Assembly: GCA_032718475.1 (NCBI GenBank)
Contig: JAUCBJ010008389.1
Coordinates: 62,001 to 126,000, forward strand
Direction: 5' to 3'
Origin: Nemertoderma westbladi
Lineage: Eukaryota; Animalia; Xenacoelomorpha
Length of the DNA: 64,000 nucleotides
The position numbers and the translations under genes are program-made. The notes beneath the pieces were generated by a model, which ran no database searches, was not told where the DNA came from, and saw only the letters and a program-made list of their open reading frames with translations. Each line of letters opens with the position of its first letter. Position 1 is the first letter of the stretch. Positions 10,974 to 22,026 of the stretch are shown in pieces.

Positions 10974-13625
10974 TTAATATCCGCGTTTAGCGATAATCAT
11001 CAGATTAACTTTGCAGTCGATATCATTTAAATCCATATCGGGTTTAACCAATCGAAGGAAAGCTTCTCCGCGAACGGCGAACTCAACCAGCCAATCAGGG
11101 AGCAGCGTTGTAACCGCGCCAATCAGCTCCACCGCGCCGGACACTCCGACACGCGAGCGGTGACTGTCCGCCAGTTTGGACGCGACCAGATGTTTATGGA
11201 CCGACGTCCGACCGACCAGTCGGAAGACCGAACGGATTATGCGACAGGTTTCGGACAGCCGTTCCAGCCGCTCCAGTTCCCGGGAGTCGGCGGGACTGCG
11301 CGTCATAGCGACGGCGGCGCGCGCCGACTCCTTGGCGCGGATCCGTTCCCGCAGTGACCGGGGAAGTCCCGACGCCCCGTCGCTAGGGACCCCGGACGCC
11401 CCGTTTATGTTGCTAGGGACCCCGGAGCTCCCGTTTACGTTGCTAGGGACGTCGGATTTCCCGTTTACGTTGCTAGGGACACCAGAGTTTCCGTTTACGT
11501 TGCTAAGGACGCCGGACTTCCCGTTTACGTTGCTAGGGACGCCGGACTTCCCGTTTACGTTGCTAGGGACGACGGACTTCACGTTAACGTTGCTGAGGAC
11601 GCCGGACTTCCCGTTTACGTTGCTAGGGAAGCCGAACTTCCCGTTTACGTTGCTAGGGACGCCGGACTTCACGTTAACGTTGCTAGGGACGCCGGACTTC
11701 CCGTTTACGTTGCTAGGGACGCCGGACTTCCCGTTTACGTTGCTAGGGACGCCGGACTTCACGTTAACGTTGCTAGGGACGCCGGACTTCCCTATCACCG
11801 ATTCCGCTTCACTATTATATTTCCCTCCCGTTTCCTCTTCTTTGAGTTTCTTCCGGTTGAACTCGGCCGCTTTGGATATCGCCTTGGCCATGTTGCCAGT
11901 GAGACAGCGACTACCGACCAGGGACTCGAGTATCGCCTTGGCGGCGGTCCCTTCCGGACGAGGGGGCCGCGGGGGCTCGGGGAGAGCGGCGACGACCAGG
12001 TCGGGGACGCAGCGGTTCGGGTCGAACCGCGGGTGCCATCGCCGCACCGCCCAGCCCTCCACGCCGACCCCGGGGTAGTTCGCCGCGAGGAACCGCTCGT
12101 GGTGGCCGCGGACCACGTCGACGAGTCGGGCGAGGAAGGAGGAGTGACGACGGAGGAGTAGAAGAGGAGTAAATCGCAACCAATCCGTGGAGGAATCCTT
12201 CCCGGAATTATCGACGAGTTTCGCGAACAGAACCAACTCGTATTCCCGGGAGCCGACGACTTTCTCCTGCGTGTACCGATAGTAAACCGCCGGGGCCACC
12301 GTCTCGATCCGTCCCAGATCGGAAGCGACGAAGCTGGAACCTCGCAACATGTCCTGCACCCCGCTCGCTACCTTCCCGAGCGAGGCCCGCTGTTGTCGGT
12401 TGTGCAGCAGACTGACGCAGACATCGCAGCAGCGGAACTTCTCGCCCAGCAGTTTGTAGACGAAGGGGAGGTAGAGGCCGTCTTCCTTGGCGCCTCCAGC
12501 GGAGTAAGTTCCGCTGACCGCAGACAGAGAGTTGGATTTAACGGGACTTTCTAACAGTCGCTTTCTGTACTGGTCAACGGCTTGGGATTTACTTGGGGAG
12601 TTGGAGTTCCCTTGGACACTGTCCGGTTTACTTGTCCAGACGATGTCCGACTCGTACTTTCGTGGACTGCCACCAACACGGTTCTGCACTTCTTTCAGCT
12701 GATTCGCTAAGCCTTTATTGGACAATAACACTTTTTTTAAATCGCCGATGTTAGAAACTTTCCGCAGTTGCTCTCGGGTTTCCTCCACGGTGGATTTCCC
12801 ATTTTTGCCGCTGCGTTTAACTCGCTCCCTGATCTTAGGCGTTTTCGCAGGGCTCGGCGTGACGTTAATGAGACTCGCGACCGGGTCCGTCTGGTCGAAC
12901 GATAACTTGGGACTTTTAACCGGAGTTTGTGCGATAAGTTCGTCGAGGATAAGACGCGTTTTTGTCGGAGTCTTAGAAGGAGTTGTTGGGAGATTCTGCA
13001 AATTAGTTTCGCTGCAGGGCGGACTGAGAACATCAGTAATATCGTTTAATTTCTTCGGTGATAAAATAATCGCCGTTCTTTCTATAATGGAATCTACTAA
13101 CCCCAAAGCCTTGTTGAGGTTGCGGCACGCCTTTAACTTTGGTGGTGAAATATTACTTCTCTGTCTGCTGTTTATACCGGTAGATATTTTTTGTATCAAG
13201 GAAACCTCGTTTCTACCTTTATTCCTTCGCAATGGAGAGTCAGATAAACCGTCACTAGAAGTTACTTCGTATGAAGCTGATAACATAAATGAATCTATTG
13301 TCGTTGTTTGTGTTGGATCTTTTTTCCTTCCCTTTCTTGGACATTTCGATTTAGTTTGTTTAGGTTTTCTTTGATTTTGAATCGTCTTTTTGCTACCTGC
13401 ATTCACATCCGTGGGTATATCGGAATAAAGCAGTGATGGGACAATACAGTTTTTCTTATCGGGGTTAGATGATAAACTCTTAACCATGTGTAAAGGGACA
13501 TCGGAATTTCGGGTTAGTGACTCTGAGTCACTAAGTTTTCTTTTTTTCAAGGCATGGACCGCCGATTTTCTGCTGTGAAAAAAATCGGTGACTTGTGATT
13601 GGTGATACCCAGAGTCAGAGAACAT
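10974..13625 (-). CDS. CDT1: DNA replication licensing factor Cdt1 (single-exon ORF, 883 aa)
   Basis: N-terminal PIP degron QSQVTDFFHSRK. Middle winged-helix/geminin-binding motifs LPFVYKLLGEKF...LHNRQ...GVQDMLR...HHERFLA...RRWHPRFD...ALPEPP. C-terminal MCM-binding motifs SLRERIRAKE...AMTRSP...RLERLSETCRIIRSVF. Many S/T-P-x-K CDK sites. Confidence 0.95.
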   Translation of the reverse strand: MFSDSGYHQSQVTDFFHSRKSAVHALKKRKLSDSESLTRNSDVPLHMVKSLSSNPDKKNCIVPSLLYSDIPTDVNAGSKKTIQNQRKPKQTKSKCPRKGRKKDPTQTTTIDSFMLSASYEVTSSDGLSDSPLRRNKGRNEVSLIQKISTGINSRQRSNISPPKLKACRNLNKALGLVDSIIERTAIILSPKKLNDITDVLSPPCSETNLQNLPTTPSKTPTKTRLILDELIAQTPVKSPKLSFDQTDPVASLINVTPSPAKTPKIRERVKRSGKNGKSTVEETREQLRKVSNIGDLKKVLLSNKGLANQLKEVQNRVGGSPRKYESDIVWTSKPDSVQGNSNSPSKSQAVDQYRKRLLESPVKSNSLSAVSGTYSAGGAKEDGLYLPFVYKLLGEKFRCCDVCVSLLHNRQQRASLGKVASGVQDMLRGSSFVASDLGRIETVAPAVYYRYTQEKVVGSREYELVLFAKLVDNSGKDSSTDWLRFTPLLLLRRHSSFLARLVDVVRGHHERFLAANYPGVGVEGWAVRRWHPRFDPNRCVPDLVVAALPEPPRPPRPEGTAAKAILESLVGSRCLTGNMAKAISKAAEFNRKKLKEEETGGKYNSEAESVIGKSGVPSNVNVKSGVPSNVNGKSGVPSNVNGKSGVPSNVNVKSGVPSNVNGKFGFPSNVNGKSGVLSNVNVKSVVPSNVNGKSGVPSNVNGKSGVLSNVNGNSGVPSNVNGKSDVPSNVNGSSGVPSNINGASGVPSDGASGLPRSLRERIRAKESARAAVAMTRSPADSRELERLERLSETCRIIRSVFRLVGRTSVHKHLVASKLADSHRSRVGVSGAVELIGAVTTLLPDWLVEFAVRGEAFLRLVKPDMDLNDIDCKVNLMIIAKRGY
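11380..11791 (-). repeat. 30-bp coding minisatellite in CDT1 encoding (KSGVPSNVNG) about 13-14 times
   Basis: Unit ccgtttacgttgctagggacgccggacttc repeated in frame. Confidence 0.95.
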
Positions 13626-13815
13626 ATCTCAGTATCTGATTCGTCGATGAACTGATGAATGCATGTACTGGTACTGCCTGACTGCTGCACTGCACAAAGG
13701 TTTGAGGCTGAGGGTCAGAGGGTTTGAGAGGCAGAGTACAGCATAGAGAGCCAGTAGTGCAGTAGTGGCAAGTGGTTCCCCGGCTTTTAGATCCTAGACC
13801 ACCTAAGATCCTGAA

Positions 13816-14013
13816 CGAACTTAGATCTTGGGTGAACATAGATCCTTCCCATATGAACTTAGATCCTTCCCATAAGAACTTAGATCCTTCCCATACGAAC
13901 TTAGATCCTTCCCATACGAACTTGATCCTTCCCATACGAACTTAGATCCTTCCCATACGAACTTAGATCCTTCCCATACGAACTTAGATCCTTCCCACAG
14001 GAACTTAGATCCC
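13816..14013. repeat. 21-bp tandem repeat (GAACTTAGATCCTTCCCATAC)n upstream of CDT1
   Basis: About 9 units visible, ~200 bp 5' of the CDT1 ATG. Confidence 0.9.
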
Positions 14014-16026
14014 ACAATATAACTGAGCAACGGTATGTACCGTAGCTGTGTTTAATGTGAAATGTCATTCACATAGGCCAGCAGACCTTTACTGTAAATA
14101 CGCTTGAAGGGAAGCGAACTTAGATCCTACCACCAATATATTGCAATAAATTAGCTATTAATTGGCAAATTATAGTTTGTTATGGCAGTGATTTTTTATG
14201 TCCTTTTATTTGACTTTTTTGTCCTCTTTTTTTTACGAATTGTGCATAATGACGTTTGTTGTCCCTTTATTGACTTTTGTTGTCCTTTTAATGACTTTTT
14301 ATGTATGTATTTCTTCAGACTGTCAGACTGCTGATTTCTGGACTGTAAGACAGTTGATTTCAACATCCCTATGCCAAAACATTCAAAATTTGTTGATTTC
14401 TGGTCTGTCGGACAGTTGGTTTCACTATGCCTGTGCCAAAACATTCCATGATTCCATGATTTATAGACTATGAGATAGATTTCCATATGCGCCTGTGGTA
14501 AAAGACTCTAAATTTAATAGTTTGGGGTTGTTGTCGATAATCGATTACCACATGACGTAGCAAAACACTCATTTTATAGCCAAAAACAATTACCAATTGA
14601 TGGAAAGGAGCAGGTTAAGGCCGCATTTTCTAACCAAAACAATAAACAGTCACTTTACCAAATGAAGGAAAGGAGCAGGTTACAGAGGCGGGCCTTTCTA
14701 ACCAAAACAATAAACGATCATTTAACTAATTGAGGGAAAGGAGCGGGTTACAGAGGCGGGATTTTCTAACCAAAACAATAAGCAGTCACTTTACCAAATC
14801 AGGGAAAGGAGCAGGTTACAGAGACGGGATTTTCTAACCAAAACAATAAACGAAAACATTACCAATTGAGATAAAGGAGCAGGTTACATAGGCGGGTTTT
14901 TCTAACCAAAACAATAAACAGTCACTTCACCAAATCAGGGAAAGGAGCAGGTTACAGAGACGGGATTTTCTAACCAAAACAATAAACGACCACTTAACTA
15001 ATTGAGGGAAAGGAGCAGGTTACAGAGGCGGGATTTTCTAACCAAAACAATAAACGATCACTTAACTAATTGAGGGAAAGGAGCAGGTTACAGAGGCGGG
15101 CCTTTCTAACCAAAACAATAAACGGTCACTTTACCAAATCAGGGAAAGGAGCAGGGTACAGAGACGGGACTTTCTAACCAAAACAATAAACGATAATTTA
15201 ACTAATTGAGGGAAAGGGGCAGGTTACAGAAGCGGGATTTTCTAACCAAAACAATAAACAGTCATTTAAACTAAATGAAGGAAAGGAGCAGGTTACAGAG
15301 GCGGGCCTTTCTATCCAAAACAATAAACGGTCACTTTACCAATTCAGGGAAAGGAGCAGGTTACAGATGCGGGATTTTCTAACCAAAGTAACCGGTCAGC
15401 CGGTAGGCCTACCAGTACCGTATTTAAATGGTAGGCTACACAGTAGGCCTTCACAGCAGTACCGGTGCCGGTACCGGTACTAAAATACCTGCTTTATACC
15501 TACATCTGTACATGCAAATCTACAACATATAGTGCTCTATATACTAATACCGGTACTGATAGCCTGAGAGAACAGCAGTAGAGAAACCGGCAGCATGGAA
15601 CCTAACGGTAAATTTCTGGAGGACATAAAAAGTAAAAAAAAAACTAATACCGGTACTGATAGCCTGAGAGAACAGCAGTAGAGAAACCGGTTGTTATGGT
15701 GAGTCACTGATCACAACTACTTTGAGTGTATGACAGTATGACTTATTTGCATCAGATCATTATAAGTAGTTTTATATGCTTAATGAAACACAGTACAATA
15801 TACACTATAAATATCGATAGAATACAGCCAAACGCACAGTACACGTGGGATCTAAGTTCGCTTCTCCTCTAGCGTGTGCTAAGGAATTTGTATAAATATA
15901 AGTCCCTCTAAGATCTAAGTTCGCTTTGCTTTTAACGTGGGATCTAAGTTCGCTTCTCTACTAGCGTGATGATTGATGATTACCAATAAAGGCTTTTAAT
16001 AGCATAAATTGGGATCTAAGTACCTG
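13998..16026. mobile_element. Putative non-autonomous TIR DNA transposon carrying an internal satellite
   Basis: CAGGAACTTAGATCCCA (13998) vs TGGGATCTAAGTACCTG (ends 16026, followed by TA). Subterminal GCGAACTTAGATCC at ~14114 and inverted (G)GATCTAAGTTCGC at ~15849, ~15912 and ~15940. Left flank is CA rather than TA. Confidence 0.5.
14580..15387. repeat. ~68-bp tandem array (GGAAAGGAGCAGGTTACAGAGGCGGGATTTTCTAACCAAAACAATAAAC...), about 12 units
   Basis: Core recurs at ~14602, 14667, 14735, 14803 and onward. A solitary related monomer lies at ~17910-17957. Confidence 0.92.
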
Positions 16027-16073
16027 TATACGTACCGGTTAACCAAAAGTAACAGCAACACAGTAACAGTAAC

Positions 16074-16260
16074 CAAAAGTTAATTTATGGTCAACCAATA
16101 ATTTATGGTCGACCAAAAATTAATTTATGGTCGACCATAAATTATTTTAAGGTCGACCAAAAATTATTAATTTGTGGTCGACCATAAATTAATTTCTGGA
16201 AGTTTGATTTTACCGCGTACCTTGTACGGCGAGATTCGACCATAAATTAATTTTTGGTCG
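16074..16260. repeat. Short quasi-palindromic array of AATTTATGGTCGACCATAAATT units
   Basis: Repeated GGTCGACC core flanked by self-complementary AT arms. Confidence 0.7.
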
Positions 16261-16731
16261 TTTTTTTTATTTATACAGTACATGGGTTGTGGGAGGGAGG
16301 GGGGGGGGGGGGGGGGGGGGGTGATTACAGTTTATTTCACAACTTCCACATTTCCAGCAGAGTTTGTGGTGCACCGGGTTAATATTTGCCGCTTTGTAGA
16401 CCTAACTAACATAAGTTTTAATGCGTACGTTCTTTTATTTTATCGAGGTTATTAAAGTGTTTTAGTTTGTGAAATGGACCGATCTGTTGAATGGCGTTTG
16501 TATAGCGTTTGGTGCGACATTCTTCTCCGGTTTCGATGGAGTGAGAGAAGCGGGAGATGGTTTAGGGATCCGATAACGCTGTAGACTGAATTGAGTTCAC
16601 GACTCAAATTCAAAACCAGATCAATTAAATGCAATAATATCACAGAAACACAATGGCGATTACAGAATTCAATCAAAAAAAATAATTCAAAAAAAAAATT
16701 AATACTGTAGTACAGTGAAGCAGTTACCGGT

Positions 16732-17132
16732 ACACGTTCGTGGGGCCTTCGCGCAGCACGAGGCCCAGTTATGAGATACAAATTAAAATTGTGCGACTGT
16801 ATCACAAAATCAGGTTATGAGAGATTAACCAACACCACCAATTAATCAAAGAAAGGGGGACAGTACGTGTTCACCCCTTTTAATCTGCACCCCCCCGCCC
16901 CCTCCCTTCCCACCCACCAATACATAACCGCGACATCTACCACCCACGGAAGGGTAGCACGAACTTATTTCCAAACGCACGTTCAATATGCAAAGCCAGG
17001 TGGTTTATAGGAATATAATCAATGCAGTACTCGTCTTCATTATAAGCCTCTTTGCGTTCGACCTGTTTTGTATTAAAATATATTTATTAAACGCAGGCTG
17101 ACGCTCTTTATAATAATAATACCTAGGGATGC
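16732..17132 (+). mobile_element. 3'-truncated third copy of the HINE-like family at 3902/5420
   Basis: Same start ACACGTTCGTGGGGCCTTCGCGCAGCACGAGGCCCAGTTATGAGATAC; similarity ends at ctagggatgc. Confidence 0.85.
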
Positions 17133-18213
17133 CAGCTTCCAGACTTTCAATCTTTTGCTGAAGTGCTAGTTGCCACCGGTCACGCGGTCAGCCGGTAGTA
17201 GGGTGGTACCATGGCCTACTACACACAGGCCATGACAAGGACTTTGCTGTGAAATTAGCGTAGGCTGACTGGTGACTGATGAATTATCAAATATTATATT
17301 TTCCATGAATGCAGGGTCCATATTTAAAAGAAGATGACTAGATTTTCGTAAAGAATTTAATTGAAACAGTATTTAATAATAAATAAATTAATTATCGCTC
17401 GAGTTCCTGCAGCTTTTATTCGTGGCAGGAATGTTTGAACGCTAATAAGTCGGTCAATCATGGATGAAATGGAACCAAACTTGGTACACTTGTAGTCTTA
17501 AAAAAATTTAGAAATTCTACACACAGACAGACTTCTACAGTTCCCCGGTCTGCCGCTAGGGGGCGAATTAACAGAAACGTAAAAATAGCTGTAATTATAG
17601 AACCAACGATCAGATTCATCTGAAATTTAGTAGTAGTTACCTAAGAGCATTGCTTAATTATAAATTCTACAGAGACTTTTACAGTTCCTGTCTGCCGCTA
17701 GTGGGGAATTGTTAGAGCTCCAGTTCAACGTGCTTAGCATGGTATAATAAACAATCAATTAATTATTTTATTCAATACAGTAATTATAACAGTAAAATGC
17801 AATGTATTCTATTTTTTAGTGAAATCAAGAGATAGGAGGGGGGTGGGACTGGACGCAAATCCCATCTTGGCGAATTAATATCCCGCCTCAATATTAATTT
17901 CTAAATTTTGGGAAAGGAGCAGGTTACAGTGGCACGTTATTTTAACCAAAACAATAAAGTAAACACAATAGAACAGGTTACAGTTTTATTTTTGAGAGTA
18001 ATCAGCTGTTGTTATTTGCGTCCAATTTCCCCTGGAGAGGGATGAATTTTTATTGCGTCCAGCCCCCCCCCCCCCCCCCCCCCCCCTATCTTGAAATCAA
18101 ATACCAAAAATATATTTATTATATGAACAATCTATTTGGAAATTGTAAGTTCGGCCTATCTCTTTACCATAAGCTCAGTATCTTTATCTGGTGTGTTTTT
18201 ATTATTTTACCAA

Positions 18214-18840
18214 TTATTTAATATGTTTGATAGAATTGAACAACACCGCCCAACACAACCAACTCTCTATCCGCCTCGAGCATCGAGAATACGAGAAACT
18301 CGATCGAAATACCTGCTTATCCCAGTAGTATCCGTCCGTAGTCAGAGTCACCGGACCGCTGCGGTTTACTCCCGTAGAACAGTAGAATTCCCGCAGCTTC
18401 CGACCCAATTCGACAACGAATTCGCTTCACACTTTCGCGTCACAGAGAACGTAATCCAGTGCGATAACGTCTGCCCAACGTTCAACCATTTCCCCCAGGC
18501 GATCCCAGGATCCGGGCCGCCGCTAAACCCAGATCGCAATCCTCGTCGATTCGTCCAGTCGTCGACGTAAGTCAGTAAGTGGGACTCTTCCCACCGCACT
18601 CCAAGGTGGGTGACCGGAGTGAGGCATGATGAACTTGGCAGTGGCCCGCATTACGATCTGACCGACCGCCGTATTCCCAGTGTCTGAGTGTAGTAAATAC
18701 CCAAATAGAATCGTACTGACAAACAAGCAATTCCGTAGTATTCCCCCGTTAATCACCTCTTGAAGCAACTCGGCTGCTCGGGTCCAGATACATCGGACTG
18801 TCGGGAGCGTTTCAGACATCAGACAGTAATGGAGCGGCAT
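18214..18840 (-). pseudogene. Possible disabled coding segment of unknown family (one frame, two internal stops)
   Basis: GC-elevated island. ORFs 18523-18840 and 18214-18408 share a frame and are joined by RRPGSWDRLGEMVERWADVIALDYVLCDAKV*. No family recognised. Confidence 0.25.
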
Positions 18841-19683
18841 TTGCGAATATTTCCAATGGTTTTATAATAAATAAGGGGATTCAACAGTTCAATGCTAAAA
18901 CAAATGGATTATTCCTAACCCCACCCCAATACAGCAATATACCTAACAGTATATAGCTTAGGTACCACAGTCTGACTAGCTTTAAATATTAGAGTATGAA
19001 AATTATTATAGGACCCTCATGGAAACGAGGTATATACCTCATGAGGCTATCCTTACACCAGAACCTTTTATTTAAGTAAATAAACATTTTATAAGTTGAC
19101 TATCTACATAAATCAGTATTGGTGCTCCTAAATATCTAGTGTTATTAGGCCTACTTGTACTGTAGGCCTAATATCGTAACGTAATCTTTATAAATGTATT
19201 ATTGTGAATTTTAAAAGGTTTAATTATGTGTAAAAAACAATCAATCAATCAAACCATAATCAGCACAGTAAGCCTACGCATGGGTGGTACCTACGGTGCG
19301 CACTACAACGGCTGAACGGCAGTACAGCAATACGGTGTACCGTGCCAATGACTGAATGATTAGCGGTAACTACTGAACTATCTAAACTATTATATTATTA
19401 TTACCGGTACTAGGCTAATTAGGCCTAAACTATAATCACCGCAAGGGTTTCCGGGGCCATGTTTAGATTACATGATATGGCATGTCTGCAGTGTATGGTA
19501 CCGGCTGACCTGTATTACAGCCTGACAGTACCGGTACAAATGGTACTGGACTTTTCAGAGCCCCTCAGGGGAGATTAAAAATATAGAAATTAAAATAAAG
19601 CTTTTTGCTTTTGCTTTGCTTTGCTTTGCTTGACATTGAATTATTATTTCCCTTGCTTAGAGAACTATTTACCTGATCTTCTT

Positions 19684-20160
19684 ACTAGAAAGCCAGCAAG
19701 CTGGCTTTAAACGAACCTGCCCCTCAAACCAGTACCCTGAGTGAGCAAAAATGGAACACGAAAATTGCCATCAACTCAACTATAGAAACACCAGCTGCTG
19801 GTACTCATGTGGGCCTAGTAAGCTACTACTATTTATTGAATGGATAGGCCCAAACTGCACAGAAGTATATTACTTGCCAAATTTATTACTATATCACTCT
19901 AACCCAGCCAGTAATCAAACATCAACTGTAAGTTTGTTATTACCCCACCAGATGAATAATTCTTCCCAGTGAATCCTATGACAATAATCTAAAAGGTTAC
20001 TCACTGCTATGTTAGATGGGAGGCCAGGTAATTGAATTGTAATCACTGGGCCGTTTAAATGGTTTATAGGTTGATGATAATGAATGAGGAGGGACCCAAC
20101 TAACACTACGTTTGTCTATATGGACGGTCTCCTTATAGCCAGCTGGCTGGCTTTTCTAGT
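19684..20160. mobile_element. Small non-autonomous element with imperfect terminal inverted repeats
   Basis: ACTAGAAAGCCAGCAAGCTGGCTTTAA at 19684 vs TTATAGCCAGCTGGCTGGCTTTTCTAGT ending 20160; each end contains a small hairpin. Confidence 0.5.
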
Positions 20161-22026
20161 TGAATCATATTATTCTGCAACCAAATAATTTACTCTTTTA
20201 GACGAATTTGTGCGTTTTTTTGCCGGACTAACAAATTTTGGCGACGTTCTGTGCGAGATTGGCGATATTTGAAAAGATTCTGAGGCTCAAATATGTTTCT
20301 CAAATGACTGAATAGCCCATATAAAAAAGTTGGTGCATACTCGACGAGTTGAAATCGGTGAAATTCGACTTTAAATTTTCAAAACCGCTACTTTTCAGTG
20401 ACCCCGTGATCGAAACGCCACAAAAAATAGTCTTGTGCGCAACCAAAATTTATGTAGAGTTTGTTATTAAAATTTTTGCGTATAGTTTTTGAGATATTGG
20501 ATGGTTATACATATATATATACACACACACACAACCACATCGTGTTTTTGAACAGCTCAACTCTTGACAAGAACTACCCTGGCCTATTGATAGGATGGTT
20601 CGTTACTATGCAGAACCATAGAATTGAAATACATAACTATTTACATCATTGTGTGAGAAGTAACACACTAACTAATCAATGGTTTAATATTTTTCCGCTA
20701 TTTACTGTAACTGTAAAACGACGTTTGAGACACGTATTTGGAACAGTTCACATGAAACAGTTCCCGGGTTTTACAAACAATGGCAATGGGATCTCTGAAA
20801 GGTCAAGTTTAGAAGACTGTAGGATTATTAGAAAGTGAATTTTTTAATTGACCTGTTGCCATGGTAATATTGAAACCCATAAATTAAGTTACAATGTTTT
20901 GTTACAATGTTATAGATTTTATGGTTATTAACCCTCACCTGGGCCAATTATTGTACTTTTGTCTATATAACATCCACAACAACCTCATTATTGGAGTTAA
21001 GGGGGGGGGGGGGGGGGGGGGGTACACCATTTTCGGACAACTCTTCGATTTATCACTCTCAGCGTTTCAAAATTGTTTGGTTTTGGCTAAAATTTGGCAT
21101 ATAGGTGCCTAAGATGCTATTCTACATGACAGGTCAGAAAATTTTTTTTTTTTCGCTATTTAATATTAGTTAATACTAGTTAACAACAAAAAAAACTTAG
21201 TTGCGCTTAAAACCCTAAGGCTTTTACAGTTTTGAACCTAATCACATGAAAGTTTTTTTATATGATAGATCAAAGATGGGGCAACATTTCGAAAAGTTGT
21301 CTGATACTTTTATGCAGGGTGGCTATCTAGACACCCACAGGAAGTTTCAGACTAATTACTCAAAAATTGTAGAAGTAGTAGGGTTTTGAAGTTGCCAATT
21401 TCATGAAAAAAATATTTGGAGATAATCGACCTTTCATTATACATAGTAATAGTAATTTCAATAGGTCTCCCTAAATGGAAATTTACATAACTTGAAAACT
21501 GAAAGAGCTATTAAATAGCGGTCTTAAATAGACCGTATCCTCATATTTTCCTGAATGGCTTAATCTGCGTTCACGGAGGGTGGTTGATACAAGTGGTTAG
21601 TACAATAAAGCTCCGCGTTTGTCATGTGTGTCTCCAGCTGATGTGGTTGTTTCGTTGTTTTTCGACAATAAATCGTAATATTATAATATAATGTACTTAA
21701 ATACTGTAGTAAGTTTAATATGAACACATTTTAACTGAATTACAACAAATATTCAAATAAAAAATATATAATCATGAAACTATAATAGAAAGTTGAAACA
21801 ACAATTAAAAAAATAATAAACATAGTAACAATGACACATAAATCAATCATTACACAAATACAATTTGCGAAGACACTTCCAACTCGCTATTGGTTATCAT
21901 CAACTATTAATTGCTAAATGAGCAGCTATTTTGACGTCATGTAACTAATAGTTACAACAATCACAATAAGTATTATTACCGGGCGACTTCCAATTTTGAA
22001 TACAAGAAGGTAAAGATAGGTTAGGT

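Noticed and set aside
11160-13374. Plus-strand ORFs overlapping CDT1 (300 aa, 218 aa and others)
   Set aside because: Antisense shadows of the CDT1 frame and its repeat.
14580-15387. CRISPR-like appearance (constant block plus variable part); also considered for the 36-bp and 300-bp arrays
   Set aside because: The variable parts are homologous to each other rather than unique spacers, there are no cas genes, and the context is eukaryotic.
20170-21560. Probable DNA-transposon remnants (TTAA followed by a G-run at ~20997)
   Set aside because: No matching second terminus or coding remnant identified.
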